A stretch of DNA of 64,000 bases from Candidatus Pacearchaeota archaeon (GCA_016188825.1 JACPHA010000011.1:7427-71426); one strand, 5' to 3'; positions 1-8,996 are shown, counted from the first letter of the stretch. Notes: generated by a model not told the origin, from the letters alone. Numbers and translations: made by a program.

Positions 1-1
1 T

Positions 2-223
2 TTTTATCCCAATAAATATGTTGTTGTTGTTTATAAGAAAGGAAACGTTGCTAATATTTCTATGAGGGGGAAAAATGTTAGAGAAATTTTGGATAAAGTC
101 TTGAAAGAAGTTGAGGGAAGCGGCGGGGGACATGAGAATGCTGTTGGAGCGAGAATAAGCACGCAGTATTTAGAAAAGTTTAAGGAGTTGTTGGAGAGGG
201 AAATTAAAGATGAAAAAAATTAG
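2..223 (+). CDS. DHH/DHHA1-family phosphoesterase (RecJ/GAN-like), C-terminal fragment; 5' end lies outside the window
   Basis: Frame open from the window edge to TAG 221-223. The translation ...EGSGGGHENAVGARIS... contains the DHHA1 GGGH motif. Confidence 0.5.
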   Translation, partial: FYPNKYVVVVYKKGNVANISMRGKNVREILDKVLKEVEGSGGGHENAVGARISTQYLEKFKELLEREIKDEKN

Positions 224-545
224 GGGAGTTAAACTTCATGTTTATGGAAGAGTTCAGGGAGTTAATTTTAGGAACAATGTTAAGAGATTTTGCGATGACG
301 GGAACATTAAGGGAAGAGTAATGAACAAGGAAGATGGTAGCGTTTTGATAATTGCACAGGCCAATCGGGAAAAATTGGAGGAATTAGAAAAATGGATTAA
401 AAGCAGTCCAGGATTTTCAAGAATTGATGAAGTAAGGATAGAGGAAAAGGGAATAAATAAGTATTGTGATTTTAGAATTGTGAGAGAGGAGCTCTATTGG
501 AAGGATAAGGAAAAGGCTTTTATTAATTTAATTCGGAAGCTTTAA
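210..545 (+). CDS. acyP: acylphosphatase
   Basis: 111 aa. N-terminal VYGRVQGVNFRN matches the acylphosphatase V-x-G-x-VQGV-x-FR signature, and the size is typical. Confidence 0.85.
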   Translation: MKKIRGVKLHVYGRVQGVNFRNNVKRFCDDGNIKGRVMNKEDGSVLIIAQANREKLEELEKWIKSSPGFSRIDEVRIEEKGINKYCDFRIVREELYWKDKEKAFINLIRKL

Positions 546-569
546 AAAACCTTTTTTTTTAGTTTTCTT

Positions 570-1262
570 ATGGATAGGAAAATACCGATACACGTTGCTA
601 TAATTCCTGACGGAAACAGAAGATGGGCGAAGGAAAAGGGATTTGAAGGAACTAAGGGGCACGAGGTATCGACAGGAAAAGACAGAACCATTGCTTTGTT
701 TGAAGAAGCAAGAAAATTAGGAGTGAAATACGTGTCAATTTGGGGCTTTTCGACTGAGAATTGGAATAGGTCAGATATGGAGAAGAGATTTCTTTTTAAG
801 CTTATTAAAGATTGGATGGAAGGCTTGAGAGATTATGCTCATGATAGTAAAATTCGGTTTAGACATTTGGGAAGAAAAGACAGGCTACCTAAACCGTTGG
901 TCGATGCAATTGTTAAATTTGAGAGAGAAACTGAAAAATACAGCGATTTTAATTTTCAATTGTGTTTGGATTACGGTGGGAGGGACGAAATCGTCAGAGC
1001 TATGCAGAAGATTATTAGAGAGGGGGGAAAAGAACCGGGCGAGGAGGAGTTTTTTAAATATTTAGATACAAAGGAAATTCCAGATCCTGATATGGTTATA
1101 AGAACAGGAGGAGAAAAAAGGCTTTCTGGATTTATGTCATTTCAATCTGCTTACGCAGAGCTTTATTTTACGGAGGTTTATTTTCCTGATTTTGGGCCTG
1201 CAGAATTAAGAAAAGCAGTTGAGGAATTTTCCAGAAGGGCTAGAAGATTTGGGGGAGATTGA
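570..1262 (+). CDS. uppS: cis-prenyltransferase (undecaprenyl diphosphate synthase family)
   Basis: 230 aa. Contains HVAIIPDGNRRWA and the C-terminal RTGGEKRLSGF / ELYF motifs typical of UPP synthases. Confidence 0.9.
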   Translation: MDRKIPIHVAIIPDGNRRWAKEKGFEGTKGHEVSTGKDRTIALFEEARKLGVKYVSIWGFSTENWNRSDMEKRFLFKLIKDWMEGLRDYAHDSKIRFRHLGRKDRLPKPLVDAIVKFERETEKYSDFNFQLCLDYGGRDEIVRAMQKIIREGGKEPGEEEFFKYLDTKEIPDPDMVIRTGGEKRLSGFMSFQSAYAELYFTEVYFPDFGPAELRKAVEEFSRRARRFGGD

Positions 1263-1456
1263 TTGGAGATGTCAAGATTTGCTTAATCTACAAATTTTTA
1301 TTGTTCGAATGAGAAAAAACATAATAAACCGAATTTCCCGTAACAAAATAATCATCGATAGTACTTGTGATGACGACTAATACTAATCAATTGAAACATT
1401 AATGCGGATTTCTGCTAATCACCAACATTTATATATTATCCAAAAGAAATTTTTGT

Positions 1457-2446
1457 ATGGAAAAGGAAAAAATAGCAAGGGAGAATTTATTGAGGAGAAG
1501 CGAAGAAATTGATGGAATTGCAATAAAAGGATACGATTTTGATAACGGTATTGATTATAAAAAAATTTTGCAGAGTTTTTCCAGCACCGGTTTTCAGGCA
1601 TCGCATTTCGGCAGGGCAATTGATATTGTAAACAGGATGATAAATGAAAAGGCATTTATATTTTTGGGATATACTTCTAACATGGTTTCTTCTGGATTGA
1701 GAGATATTTTTAGGTGGCTTGTAAAGCATAAGAAGGTTGATGTGGTTGTCACGACTGCAGGAGGTATTGAAGAGGACATAATAAAATGCTTGGGAGACTT
1801 TTATTTGGGAGATTTTAGAGCAGACGGAAAAGAATTGAGGAAAAAAGGAATAAACAGAATCGGAAATATTTATGCGCCCAACAACAGGTATGTTGAGTTT
1901 GAGAAATTTGTTCAGCCGATTTTGGAAGAGATTTGGAAAGAGCAGAAGAAAACTGGAAAAATATTTAGCGCGGGGGATTTGATATGGAAATTAGGGGAAA
2001 AGATAAATAATGAAAAAAGTATTTGTTATTGGGCTTGGAAAAATAAAATAAGGATTCATTGTCCAGCGATCACCGACGGGGCTTTGGGAGACAATATTTA
2101 TTTTGCGCAGTCTAAGCATGAAGATTTCGTTTTGGATATAGTCAAGGATAGTGTTGAATTTAACAATACGACAATTGGATTAAAAAAATCTGGAGTTATT
2201 ATACTTGGCGCGGGGATTGTGAAGCACACGGTTTTAAATGCAAACATGCTGAGAAATGGTGCAGATTATGCGGTTTATATAAACAATTCGGAAGAATTTG
2301 ACGGTAGCGACGCCGGAGCGCTACCGGAAGAGGCAGTTTCTTGGGGAAAGATATTAGGCAGTGCAGAGACTGTAAAGGTTTTTGGGGACGCGACAATTAT
2401 TTTTCCTTTGTTGGTAGCAGAGAGTTTTTCGTCGATAAAAAAATAG
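1457..2446 (+). CDS. dys: deoxyhypusine synthase
   Basis: 329 aa. Contains VVVTTAGGIEEDIIK and the SDAGALPEEAVSWGK region characteristic of DHS. Confidence 0.9.
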   Translation: MEKEKIARENLLRRSEEIDGIAIKGYDFDNGIDYKKILQSFSSTGFQASHFGRAIDIVNRMINEKAFIFLGYTSNMVSSGLRDIFRWLVKHKKVDVVVTTAGGIEEDIIKCLGDFYLGDFRADGKELRKKGINRIGNIYAPNNRYVEFEKFVQPILEEIWKEQKKTGKIFSAGDLIWKLGEKINNEKSICYWAWKNKIRIHCPAITDGALGDNIYFAQSKHEDFVLDIVKDSVEFNNTTIGLKKSGVIILGAGIVKHTVLNANMLRNGADYAVYINNSEEFDGSDAGALPEEAVSWGKILGSAETVKVFGDATIIFPLLVAESFSSIKK

Positions 2447-2504
2447 CAGGGAAAAAGCTTAAAAAGTAAAATAAATATTATTTATTAAGTCTTAGTTATA
2501 GGAA

Positions 2505-2873
2505 ATGAAAAAAGAAGAACCCGAACCCTGGGGGCAGTTAACTGCTATTGATCTGCATCATTGTGATAAAGAATTATTGCTTAATGAGAATAAGCTCTCA
2601 AAGTTTTCTCTGGCACTTTGCAAAAAAATTGGTATGAAGCCGCATGGCAAGCCGATAGTAGACAGATTTGGGAAGGATAATTTATATGGATATTCCATGA
2701 TGCAATTTATTGAGACTTCGACGATAACTGTTCATTTAGATGACAATGGAAACAGAGCATTTATTGATGTGTTCAGCTGCAAGAAATTCGACGAGAAAAT
2801 AGCTATTGATTTCGCAAAGGAATTTTTCAAGGCAAATAAGGCAAAGCATCAGACGCTGTATAGAGGGTGTTGA
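2505..2873 (+). CDS. speH: S-adenosylmethionine decarboxylase proenzyme-like (SpeH/class 1 pyruvoyl enzyme)
   Basis: 122 aa and colinear with SpeH. CDKELL and FIETSTITVH align with ESH-x-TIHT; FIDVFSC aligns with IDLFTCG. The cleavage site reads E-T-S instead of E-S. Confidence 0.55.
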   Translation: MKKEEPEPWGQLTAIDLHHCDKELLLNENKLSKFSLALCKKIGMKPHGKPIVDRFGKDNLYGYSMMQFIETSTITVHLDDNGNRAFIDVFSCKKFDEKIAIDFAKEFFKANKAKHQTLYRGC

Positions 2874-2936
2874 GTTGACAATTTTGAGGAAGAGGTTTAG
2901 AGGAGTTTTTTTGCCGTTTTTGAGAATATCATTTAT

Positions 2937-2957
2937 ATTCGCCCCCGACAACAATCG
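2937..2957 (+). repeat. ATTCG-poly(C) motif, copy R1
   Basis: ATTCGCCCCCGACAACAATCG, 64 nt downstream of the speH stop. Member of the 7-copy same-strand family. Confidence 0.7.
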
Positions 2958-3121
2958 TGAGGAGAGAAAAGAATAAGAATTTAACTCGGTTTGCGTTGAA
3001 AACGTTTGGGATTGACAAATTTTGAAAACAGTATAATTTAAATATTTGATAAATTTTAGACTGTCTGAAAAAGAATATTGGGTTTCCTAGGGAGAAAATA
3101 GTTAGAATGTTGAAGGAGTAA

Positions 3122-3352
3122 AAAATAAAAAAAGCGGGAATTTTTGGTAGCTATGCTCGTGGAGAACAAAAGAAAGATAGTGATATTGACATACTTATAG
3201 AAGTTCCAAAAAAATTTAGTTTACTTGATTTAATTGCTCTTGAAAGGCAACTGAAAATAGTTTTGAGAAGAAAGGTGGATTTATTAACTTATAGAGACAT
3301 TAGTCCGCTTCTAAAAAAGATTATTTTAGATGAAGAGGTTCGAATAATATGA
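3122..3352 (+). pseudogene. minimal nucleotidyltransferase (MNT-type antitoxin), decayed
   Basis: Translation is KKAGIFGSYARGEQKKDSDIDILIEV... (GS-x9-DxD NTase motif). It is preceded in frame by TAA (3119-3121). The upstream ...REKIVRMLKE looks like its N-terminus. No usable start codon. Confidence 0.55.
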
Positions 3353-3441
3353 TTCAAGAATCTTTAATATTCTTAAAACACGTTTTAGAAGCGATAGAAA
3401 CCGCGGCAAAACGAAACATTTATAAATCTGTGTTACATTAA
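3349..3441 (+). pseudogene. HEPN (DUF86-type) toxin remnant, 30 codons only
   Basis: ATGA overlap with the NTase stop, the typical MNT/DUF86 arrangement. MIQESLIFLKHVLEAIETAAK resembles a DUF86 N-terminus, but the frame stops after 30 aa. Confidence 0.4.
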
Positions 3442-3495
3442 TATAACATATAATTAAATGTATGTTATTTATAGATGACATAAATATGGTATAAA

Positions 3496-4746
3496 ATGAA
3501 TAGAGAGATAGTTCAGAATTATATTAGAAAAGCGAATCCTTGGTGGCATGAGGGGAAAGAGTTTGAAATGGGTGTAAAGTACAAAGAAAGGGAGACATAT
3601 AACGAAATTATGAAGTTTTTTTCAGCAAGGCAAGTAATCGCTCTGACTGGTTTAAGAAGGGTTGGAAAAACCACTATTATGGTTAAAATTATAAAACAAG
3701 CTCTGGAAAAAAAAACAAAAAAGGAAAATATTTTTTATTTTTCTTTCGATGAGTTTTCTGAAATCAGGATAATGGATTTGGCAGAGATATATGAGAATAT
3801 TTTCGGAAAAATACGAAAATCAGATAAGTATTTTATGTTCTTCGATGAAATTCAGAAAGTAAAAAACTGGAGTGAACAACTGAAGGTTGTTTATGACTTG
3901 TATCCAAATATAAAATTTGTAATCTCCGGCTCGGAATCTTTGTTCATTAGAAAAAAATCAAGAGAGAGTTTAGCCGGAAGAATTTATGAGTTCAAAATAA
4001 GTCCGCTTAGTTTTGCAGAATTTTTGGAATTTAAGGACGTGAAAGTCAGGAACATTTTCTTGCAGAAGGAAGAAATAATGAGCGGCTTTAAACAATTTTT
4101 AATGATTAACGGCTTTCCTGAGATAGTCAATTCCAATGCTGAGGAAGCAAAAAGGTATATAAAAGAGGGAATCATAGAAAAAATCCTTTACAGAGACTTG
4201 GTTGAGGTTTTTGATGTTAAAAATCCAGCCCTAATAAAATCAATTTTTAATGTAATATACAACGAACCAGGGCAAATAATAGAAATTCAAGAATTGTCAA
4301 AGGAACTTGGAGTTTCTAGACAAACTTTATCCATATATTTAGAATATTTAGAGGAATCTTTTTTAATAAAAAAACTTTATAATTTTTCGAAAAATGCAAG
4401 AAAAACAGAGAGAAGATTGAAAAGATATTATTCTAGTTTAATTAATCCCTTATTGATAGAGTCCAATTTTTCTAAAGTATTTGAGCAATTTTTAGTGATA
4501 CAATTAGACGCAGAGTTTTTTTGGAGAGATGTATTCAAAAACGAGGTTGATATTGTTAAAACAGATATTTTGACTGCAATTGAAGTTAAATCTGGGGAAA
4601 TAAAAATGAGAGATTTAGAATCTTTAAAAAGATTTATAGAAAAGTTTAAGCCAAAAAAAGCCTGCGTTTTGTCATATGATATTGAGAAGGAAATAGAGAA
4701 AATCAAGATAATTCCTTTTTATAAGTATCTTTTAGGCAAACATTAA
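3496..4746 (+). CDS. COG1373-type AAA+ ATPase (AAA_14 + DUF4143 architecture), paralog 1
   Basis: 416 aa. N-terminal NPWW, Walker A GLRRVGKTT, Walker B FFDEIQ. Paralogous to 12182-13447. Confidence 0.8.
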   Translation: MNREIVQNYIRKANPWWHEGKEFEMGVKYKERETYNEIMKFFSARQVIALTGLRRVGKTTIMVKIIKQALEKKTKKENIFYFSFDEFSEIRIMDLAEIYENIFGKIRKSDKYFMFFDEIQKVKNWSEQLKVVYDLYPNIKFVISGSESLFIRKKSRESLAGRIYEFKISPLSFAEFLEFKDVKVRNIFLQKEEIMSGFKQFLMINGFPEIVNSNAEEAKRYIKEGIIEKILYRDLVEVFDVKNPALIKSIFNVIYNEPGQIIEIQELSKELGVSRQTLSIYLEYLEESFLIKKLYNFSKNARKTERRLKRYYSSLINPLLIESNFSKVFEQFLVIQLDAEFFWRDVFKNEVDIVKTDILTAIEVKSGEIKMRDLESLKRFIEKFKPKKACVLSYDIEKEIEKIKIIPFYKYLLGKH

Positions 4747-4783
4747 GTTCGTTCAGTTATGGAAATGGTTGTTGTGATTGCTA

Positions 4784-4812
4784 ATTTCGCCCCCCTCCCC
4801 GAAATAACAAGA
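4784..4812 (+). repeat. ATTCG-poly(C) motif, copy R2
   Basis: ATTTCGCCCCCCTCCCCGAAATAACAAGA. Flanks are also shared: the upstream side with R5, the downstream side with R4 and R6. Confidence 0.75.
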
Positions 4813-4853
4813 ATAACAGGAAGAAATAAAAAGCAAGAAAACGATAGTAAGGA

Positions 4854-5018
4854 ATGAAAAAAGAGGTTAATTATTTTTTTGTAGTTGTTCTGACAGCGTT
4901 GGTTGTTTTGGTTTTAGTTGGGAGTTATGGTTACTTTATAACTAATTCTAAAGATGAGAGTTTTTTTCTTTCGCCTGTTTTGAAGAGGTTTGTCAGGGGC
5001 GATTTTTTGATGGTTTAG
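4854..5018 (+). CDS. small membrane protein, truncated paralog of 14383-14730
   Basis: 54 aa, MKKEVNYFFVVVLTALVVLVLVGSY... Roughly 90% nt identity by eye over the first ~75 nt to the start of 14383-14730. Confidence 0.4.
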   Translation: MKKEVNYFFVVVLTALVVLVLVGSYGYFITNSKDESFFLSPVLKRFVRGDFLMV

Positions 5019-5052
5019 GAATGTTTTTATAGGATTTTTGTTTTTAGTTAGC

Positions 5053-6408
5053 ATGAATGAAATTCAAGGCATGATTGGTTTGGAGATACATGTTTATTTA
5101 ATTACGAGAGAAAAATTGTTTTGCAGATGCAAGGCAGTGAGGGAAAAGGGTTTGAGGGCAAACAGTTATATCTGCCCGATATGCACAGGAATGCCTGGAG
5201 CAAAACCGATGCTGCCGAATAAGACAGCAGTTGAAAAGGCAGTTCAAGTTGGATTGATGTTAAACTGCAGGATAAATAAGAAATTGGTTTGGCAGAGGAA
5301 ACATTATGACTGGCCTGATTTGCCAAAGGGTTTTCAAAGCACATTGTCTGGAGCAAGGGCATTTCCCGTAGGACTGAATGGAGAATTTTTTGGAATCATA
5401 GTGAGAAGCGTACATTTAGAGGAAGATCCTGCTGCATGGGATCCTGAAACAGGAAGGGTTGATTATAATAGGTCCGGATTTCCTCTAATTGAAATTATTA
5501 CAGAGCCTGATTTTTCAACTTCAGAAGAAGTTATTGATTGGCTGAAGAAGTTATTTCACAATTTAGATTATTTAAGAGCGGTTGCCTCTGATGCTGGCTT
5601 GAAAGCAGATGTTAATGTCAACTTGCCTAAAAAGACAGAGAGAGTCGAGGTTAAGAATGTTAATTCTATTGAAAATATCGGGAAAGCTATTGATTATGAA
5701 TTGGAGAGGCAGTTTAAAGAGGGAAGTGAGAGAGAGACTAGGAGATTTGACGAGGCTAAGGAAAAGACATTTAAGATGAGAGAGAAGGAAGAGGAGCAAG
5801 ATTATAGGTTTATCTCTGATCCTGATTTGCAGCCGATAATTCTTGATGATAACTTTATTTCTGAAATGAAGAAATTAATTCCAGAGTCTCCAGAGAAGAA
5901 GCTTGAGAAGCTGATTAGAAAATATAAAATAGGAAAGGCAGATGCAGAAGTGCTTGCTAAGAATTTGGATATTGTTGAATTTTTTGAAAAGGTTGCTGAA
6001 AAAGTAGAGCCGAAATTTGCTTTGTATTGGGTAACTGTTGAGCTGTTGAGGCATTTGAATTATAATAAGAAAAAATTATCAGGGCTTGACATAAAAGTTG
6101 AGCATTTTGTTGAGCTTTTGAATTTTGTCAAGAGTGGAAAAATCACAGAGCTACAAGGAAAAGAAATTTTGAATAAGTTTTATCCTAAGAGTTTTTCACC
6201 AAGGGGAATTGAAGGAAAGATAAGCAGTTCAAGCGAGCTGGAAAAAGTCTGCAGAGAAATTATGAAAAAGAACAAGGAAGCAGTTGAGAAATATAAGGAA
6301 GGCGATATTAAGGTATTAAACTTTTTGATTGGAGAGGTTATGAAGAAAACGCAGAAGAGGGCTGATTTTAGGGTTGTTAAGGAGATACTTGAGAGATTGA
6401 TGAAGTAA
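5053..6408 (+). CDS. gatB: aspartyl/glutamyl-tRNA amidotransferase subunit B
   Basis: Motifs GLEIHV, RKHYDWPDLPKGFQ, HLEEDPA, VDYNRSGFPLIEIITEPD, DYRF-x-SDPDL and a YqeY-like tail (LIGEVMKKT). ATG 5053 preferred over TTG 5038. Confidence 0.85.
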   Translation: MNEIQGMIGLEIHVYLITREKLFCRCKAVREKGLRANSYICPICTGMPGAKPMLPNKTAVEKAVQVGLMLNCRINKKLVWQRKHYDWPDLPKGFQSTLSGARAFPVGLNGEFFGIIVRSVHLEEDPAAWDPETGRVDYNRSGFPLIEIITEPDFSTSEEVIDWLKKLFHNLDYLRAVASDAGLKADVNVNLPKKTERVEVKNVNSIENIGKAIDYELERQFKEGSERETRRFDEAKEKTFKMREKEEEQDYRFISDPDLQPIILDDNFISEMKKLIPESPEKKLEKLIRKYKIGKADAEVLAKNLDIVEFFEKVAEKVEPKFALYWVTVELLRHLNYNKKKLSGLDIKVEHFVELLNFVKSGKITELQGKEILNKFYPKSFSPRGIEGKISSSSELEKVCREIMKKNKEAVEKYKEGDIKVLNFLIGEVMKKTQKRADFRVVKEILERLMK

Positions 6409-6462
6409 ACATATGTTTTTTGGAGTAACAATGTTTATAAGATACTAAATTTGCTAAATTTT

Positions 6463-7185
6463 ATGGGAAGAAATTTATTGTTGATAAGCAATTCCACTCT
6501 TCATGGCAGCGGTTATTTAGATCATTGTGAATCTGAGATAAAAAGTTTTCTTAATGACAAAGATGTTGAAAGTGTTCTTTTCATTCCTTATGCTAGACCT
6601 AGTGGAAAAACTTATGATGAATATACAGGAATTGCTAAGGAAAGGTTTCAAAGAATGGGTTTTGATTTAGTCGGGATTCAAGAACGCGTTGATTCAGATG
6701 ATGCTGTTAGAAATGCAGAAGCAATATTTATCGGCGGAGGTAATACTTTTGTTCTTCTTGATTCATTATATGGAGTAGATATTATACCTATAATTAAAGC
6801 AAGAGTTAGAAATGGAATGCCATATATTGGAACAAGTGCTGGAGCAAATGTTGCTGGAAGAACGATAATGACTACAAACGATATGCCCATTATTTATCCT
6901 CCTTGTTTTGACGCAATGGGTTTGATTCCATTTAATATAAATCCTCATTATATAGATTCTGATCCTAATTCTAAACATATGGGAGAAACGAGAGAAACGA
7001 GAATAAGAGAGTATCATGTTTTCAATGATAACACTGTTGTTGGATTGAGAGAGGGAGCAATGTTGCATGTTAAAAATAATGAAGCAACTCTTAAGGGTAG
7101 TACTGGCGCAAGAATATTCAGAAAAGGAAAAGAACCAACAGAATACCGGCCAGGAGAATCTTTGGATTTCTTGTTGACAAACTGA
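6463..7185 (+). CDS. pepE: dipeptidase E (peptidase S51)
   Basis: Contains LLLISNS, FIGGGNTFVLL and GTSAGANV (Ser nucleophile context). ATG 6463 lies downstream of TTG 6451. Confidence 0.8.
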   Translation: MGRNLLLISNSTLHGSGYLDHCESEIKSFLNDKDVESVLFIPYARPSGKTYDEYTGIAKERFQRMGFDLVGIQERVDSDDAVRNAEAIFIGGGNTFVLLDSLYGVDIIPIIKARVRNGMPYIGTSAGANVAGRTIMTTNDMPIIYPPCFDAMGLIPFNINPHYIDSDPNSKHMGETRETRIREYHVFNDNTVVGLREGAMLHVKNNEATLKGSTGARIFRKGKEPTEYRPGESLDFLLTN

Positions 7186-7227
7186 CTTGAGCAAAAAATT
7201 ATTAAATATATACTTTTTAGAAGTTTT

Positions 7228-7932
7228 ATGAGAGAATTTAGAAACAAAGCAGATGCGAGAGAAGGCAGGGAACCAGATGCGGATTTTGAGTTGTTTTACA
7301 AACTGTCAAGTTTGTATAATGCAATGACTTTTTCAGTGGTTGCACCCGTTGTTGTTGAATCCGGATTGGCTATTAAAAAAAAGGTTTCAAGAAATTCTTC
7401 TTTTGGTTATATTTTTTATGATTGCTTAGATGACGAAGAGAGAGGTTTGGAGATAGTAAGAGGAAGAAAAATTGCCGAAAGAGATGTTCAAGAACATTTC
7501 ATATTATGTGAAAAAATTAATGGGGTTTTTTATGAGATTAAGGACAGGGCTAACGAAAATAATAGAGAGGAAGTTACGGATTTAAGTAGAAAATTAGGAG
7601 AGGAGGTTATGAAATATGCTAAATTAGTTTTAAATCATGGAGAAACACTCGGAGACGAAAAAGCATTTTTGTTATATCCTGTTTGTGTCGTAGGACATTA
7701 TTTTTTTGTGAAGGGTTATAATGTCAAGCGAGAGAAAAAATTTAACGAGGAAGGAAGTTTTCAAGGCTTACAAGAAGAAGTTAGAGATATTTTCTCTGTT
7801 TTAGACAGTTTTGTTTCAGGCAAAGGTGAAGTAGCGAGAGTTGAGATAAATGATTCTGATTTGGAAGACAGAAATTCTTCTCTTGAACAATTATTAGATA
7901 TAAACAGAGGACTATGGGAAAGAATTAAATGA
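7228..7932 (+). CDS. hypothetical protein
   Basis: 234-aa ORF with no competing ORF on either strand. No motif recognised. Confidence 0.5.
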   Translation: MREFRNKADAREGREPDADFELFYKLSSLYNAMTFSVVAPVVVESGLAIKKKVSRNSSFGYIFYDCLDDEERGLEIVRGRKIAERDVQEHFILCEKINGVFYEIKDRANENNREEVTDLSRKLGEEVMKYAKLVLNHGETLGDEKAFLLYPVCVVGHYFFVKGYNVKREKKFNEEGSFQGLQEEVRDIFSVLDSFVSGKGEVARVEINDSDLEDRNSSLEQLLDINRGLWERIK

Positions 7933-7989
7933 TTTTACTTGAGTTGTTGAATTAGCAAAGTTTATAATTTTGTTTTTTGATATAGACTA

Positions 7990-8835
7990 ATGGTAACTCT
8001 TCCCGTTATTGGCTCTTTTTTAGAAGCTGCCGGAATGATTATTGAGAAAAAAATTTTGGGAAAGAGGAATATTAATTTTAAAAATTATACGGTTTATGAA
8101 TTTTTGGCAATCTTGGTTGTGATGCTCCCCATTATTTATTTTTTTTGGAGGATTGATAAGGAGGCTTTTATTTTTGGAAAACTTGCAGTTTTTATTTTGG
8201 TTGTTATTTTTTCTGTAATGGCAAATTTATTGATTTTTTATTCTTTGAAGAGAGAACATATCACAGAATTTGAGCCTGTTTGGTTGATGCAGCCATTTTT
8301 TACAATAATTCTTGCATTTATTTTTTATGAGAGCGAGAGAAATTTTTTTGGATTAGGACTTGCTTTGACGGCGAGCATTACGCTTGTTGCGAGCCATGTG
8401 AAGAAGCATCATTTTACTTTTGATAGATATATTCTCGCAGCTTTTTTAGGAAGTTTTTGTTTTTCTGTCGAGCTTGTCCTTTCGAGACTAATTCTTGATT
8501 ATTATTCTCCGTTCAGCTTGTATTTTTTACGGAGTTCATTTATTTTTTTAATAACATTTATAATTTTCAGACCGAGCTTTAAGCCTGTAATCAGAGAAAA
8601 GAAAATTGGTGCGATGATTTTATTTGTCGGTTTGATTTGGGTTTTTTACAGAGTAATTATTTATTATGGTTATCTTGCTTTTGGGATTATTTTTACAACA
8701 ACCATTTTTATACTTTCACCGGTTTTTATTTTTTTATTTGCAACTTTTTACCTGAAAGAGAAACCAACTTTAAGGTACATAATTTCAACTTTGATAATGG
8801 TAATCTGCGTTGTTCTGGCTATTTTGCTTAGATGA
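7990..8835 (+). CDS. EamA/DMT-superfamily membrane transporter
   Basis: 281 aa with about 10 hydrophobic segments in two similar halves, typical of EamA-domain permeases. Confidence 0.6.
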   Translation: MVTLPVIGSFLEAAGMIIEKKILGKRNINFKNYTVYEFLAILVVMLPIIYFFWRIDKEAFIFGKLAVFILVVIFSVMANLLIFYSLKREHITEFEPVWLMQPFFTIILAFIFYESERNFFGLGLALTASITLVASHVKKHHFTFDRYILAAFLGSFCFSVELVLSRLILDYYSPFSLYFLRSSFIFLITFIIFRPSFKPVIREKKIGAMILFVGLIWVFYRVIIYYGYLAFGIIFTTTIFILSPVFIFLFATFYLKEKPTLRYIISTLIMVICVVLAILLR

Positions 8836-8879
8836 CGTGGGAAAAGATTTATTAGCTTATTTTAGTCATTTCTTTTGTC

Positions 8880-8950
8880 AGGCTCGTAAGTTAATGGATA
8901 GACTTCCCGGCTTCGGACCGGGCAATGGGGGTTCGATTCCCCCCGAGCCT
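8880..8950 (+). tRNA. tRNA-Arg (anticodon TCG)
   Basis: Acceptor AGGCTCG/CGAGCCT, anticodon stem CCCGG/CCGGG with loop CTTCGGA, T-arm GGGGG-TTCGATT-CCCCC. No encoded CCA. Confidence 0.85.
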
Positions 8951-8996
8951 ATTTTTTAAGAGATAGATTTAATAAAGTTATTTATTTTATAGAGAA

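Noticed and set aside
1360-1425. Possible C/D box sRNA (GTGATGA at 1366-1372) in the uppS-dys spacer
   Set aside because: No proper D box (CTGA) lies near the 3' end (only CTGC). No C'/D' pair or terminal stem is arranged as in archaeal C/D sRNAs.
5053-6408. Calling this gene gatE, as the partner of gatD at 14882
   Set aside because: At 452 aa it has no room for the AspRS-like insertion domain of GatE. Motif-by-motif it aligns with GatB (PDLPKGFQ, HLEEDPA, VDYNRSGFPLIEI, DYRF-x-SDPDL), so it is called gatB.
6766-7194. 142-aa and other minus-strand ORFs antisense to pepE
   Set aside because: These are shadow ORFs opposite a gene with clear S51 peptidase motifs, and their composition is implausible.
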